DNA of 64,000 nt from Phoronis australis (taxonomy: Eukaryota; Animalia; Phoronida): NCBI GenBank assembly GCA_002633005.1, contig NMRA01000004.1:687846-751845 (forward strand), written 5' to 3'. This document shows positions 62,884 through 64,000 of the stretch, one piece after another. The notes beneath the pieces were generated by a model. It did no database searches. It had not been told where the DNA came from and was given only the letters and a program-made list of their open reading frames with translations. How positions within the stretch are numbered: position 1 is the first letter of the stretch; every line of letters begins with the position of its first letter. The position numbers and the translations under genes were made by a program.

Positions 62884-64000
62884 AGGCTAGGTGCGCGCAT
62901 GCATATTATTTGAAATCTGTAATCATAATCTGCCTGCGACTTGCCATGTCGGACAGCTTACGAGAATGACACGACACGAAAGAATTGAGCACGTTTTAAA
63001 TTAAATTAGCGTACTTCTAAGTTGTGAAAAATAAGCTGGGCGGCGAAAATAATGGAAGTAACAACGACTTCGTAAACCAGTAACGTTTTACGCTATTTTT
63101 GATGACAATATCAAGGACGATAACACGTCTTATAAGCTTAACACTGATTGGTTCTTTTAAGAACATCGACACGCGATCGACCATTGGCTGACCGCGTCAT
63201 TGACGCATCAGCGTGTCAAAAATGACTCGTCACAGCCGCTTTCCATAAACTGGGCAGTACTAGACATGCTTAGGACGCGCCTAACTNTGCCATGTCGGAC
63301 AGCTTACGAGAATGACACAACACGAAAGAATTGAGCACGTTTTAAATTAAATTAGCGTACTTCTAAGTTGTGAAAAATAAGCTGGGCAGCGAAAATAATG
63401 GAAGTAACAACGACTTCGTAAACCAGTAACGTTTTACGCTATTTTTGATGACAATATCAAGGACGATAACACGTCTTATAAGCTTAACACTGATTGGTTC
63501 TTTTAAGAACATCGACACGCGATCGACCATTGGCTGACCGCGTCATTGACGCATCAGCGTGTCAAAAATGACTCGTCACAGCCGCTTTCCATAAACTGGG
63601 CAGTACTAGACATGCTTAGGACGCGCCTAACTGTGTTCAGATGACTCGTTACGAGGTGACCTCATGCAAATATGACGTGACGTATACTGTGACGTCTATA
63701 AAGCATGACGTTAATATGTCCACAATGTGATAACATCTCGAAAAACGTTGTATTTCCTGCTCCTCCGGCTATTCGGTTTTGGGAACTTGTGGTTTACTAA
63801 CAGGTAGGCCTACTAGTACTTTACTACACTAACTACTAACGGTCAACGCCACCTAAAGCTCCTATGTAATGTGGAAGCAAATAGGTTTCAACCAACCGGT
63901 ACAGCGTCCTGCTACCATAATGTCGGCAAATTTCCACTCCTGTGCGGTGTGGTGTACCAGTGGCTTACAGAAAAATGCAAACCTCTTGAAATATCCATAC
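62884..64000 (+). mobile_element. Probable left part of another THAP-bearing (Kolobok-like) transposon running off the window
   Basis: TTAA|AGG start at 62880-62886, CRE-like motifs, and an ORF from ATG 63920 MSANFHSCAVWCTSG... resembling a THAP start. Confidence 0.35.
62942..63632. repeat. 345-bp tandem duplication (62942-63286 / 63288-63632) across a single N; probable assembly artefact
   Basis: Copies differ at only ~2 sites and are joined at N 63287. Confidence 0.85.

Noticed and set aside
62942-63632. 345-bp direct repeat near a putative Kolobok left end, suggesting long terminal direct repeats
   Set aside because: Copies abut exactly at a single N like the other duplications; better explained as a contig-overlap artefact

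Overview
AT-rich, intron-rich animal (invertebrate; probably lophotrochozoan, an inference from its repeats and gene content) genomic window from a draft assembly, with single-N joins at 4613, 20898, 33978 and 63287 and a gap at 58684-59240. I reconstructed three complete spliced genes by hand. A Rag C/D GTPase (minus strand, 9 coding exons, 374 aa, first coding exon is ATG only) lies head-to-head with EXTL3 (plus strand, 7 coding exons, 926 aa), and a 6-exon non-vertebrate AANAT/PAA1-like GNAT acetyltransferase (167 aa) follows. Partial genes are the first exon of an unidentified minus-strand gene near 3.2-3.6 kb and a minus-strand sushi + C-type lectin gene at 56-62 kb. Two divergent tRNA-Thr genes (TGT, CGT) sit in an EXTL3 intron. 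Mobile DNA is abundant: a TTAA-flanked Kolobok-type element with convergent THAP and KolX/P2X7-ballast-like remnants, Merlin, Harbinger and LINE RT remnants, further THAP fragments, MITEs, and a Helentron-associated (HINE-like) element whose core is a higher-order repeat carrying about nine CTCF-like motifs. Three near-perfect duplications abutting single Ns are most likely uncollapsed haplotypes. I found no clearly new biological system; the most notable items are ranked under findings.
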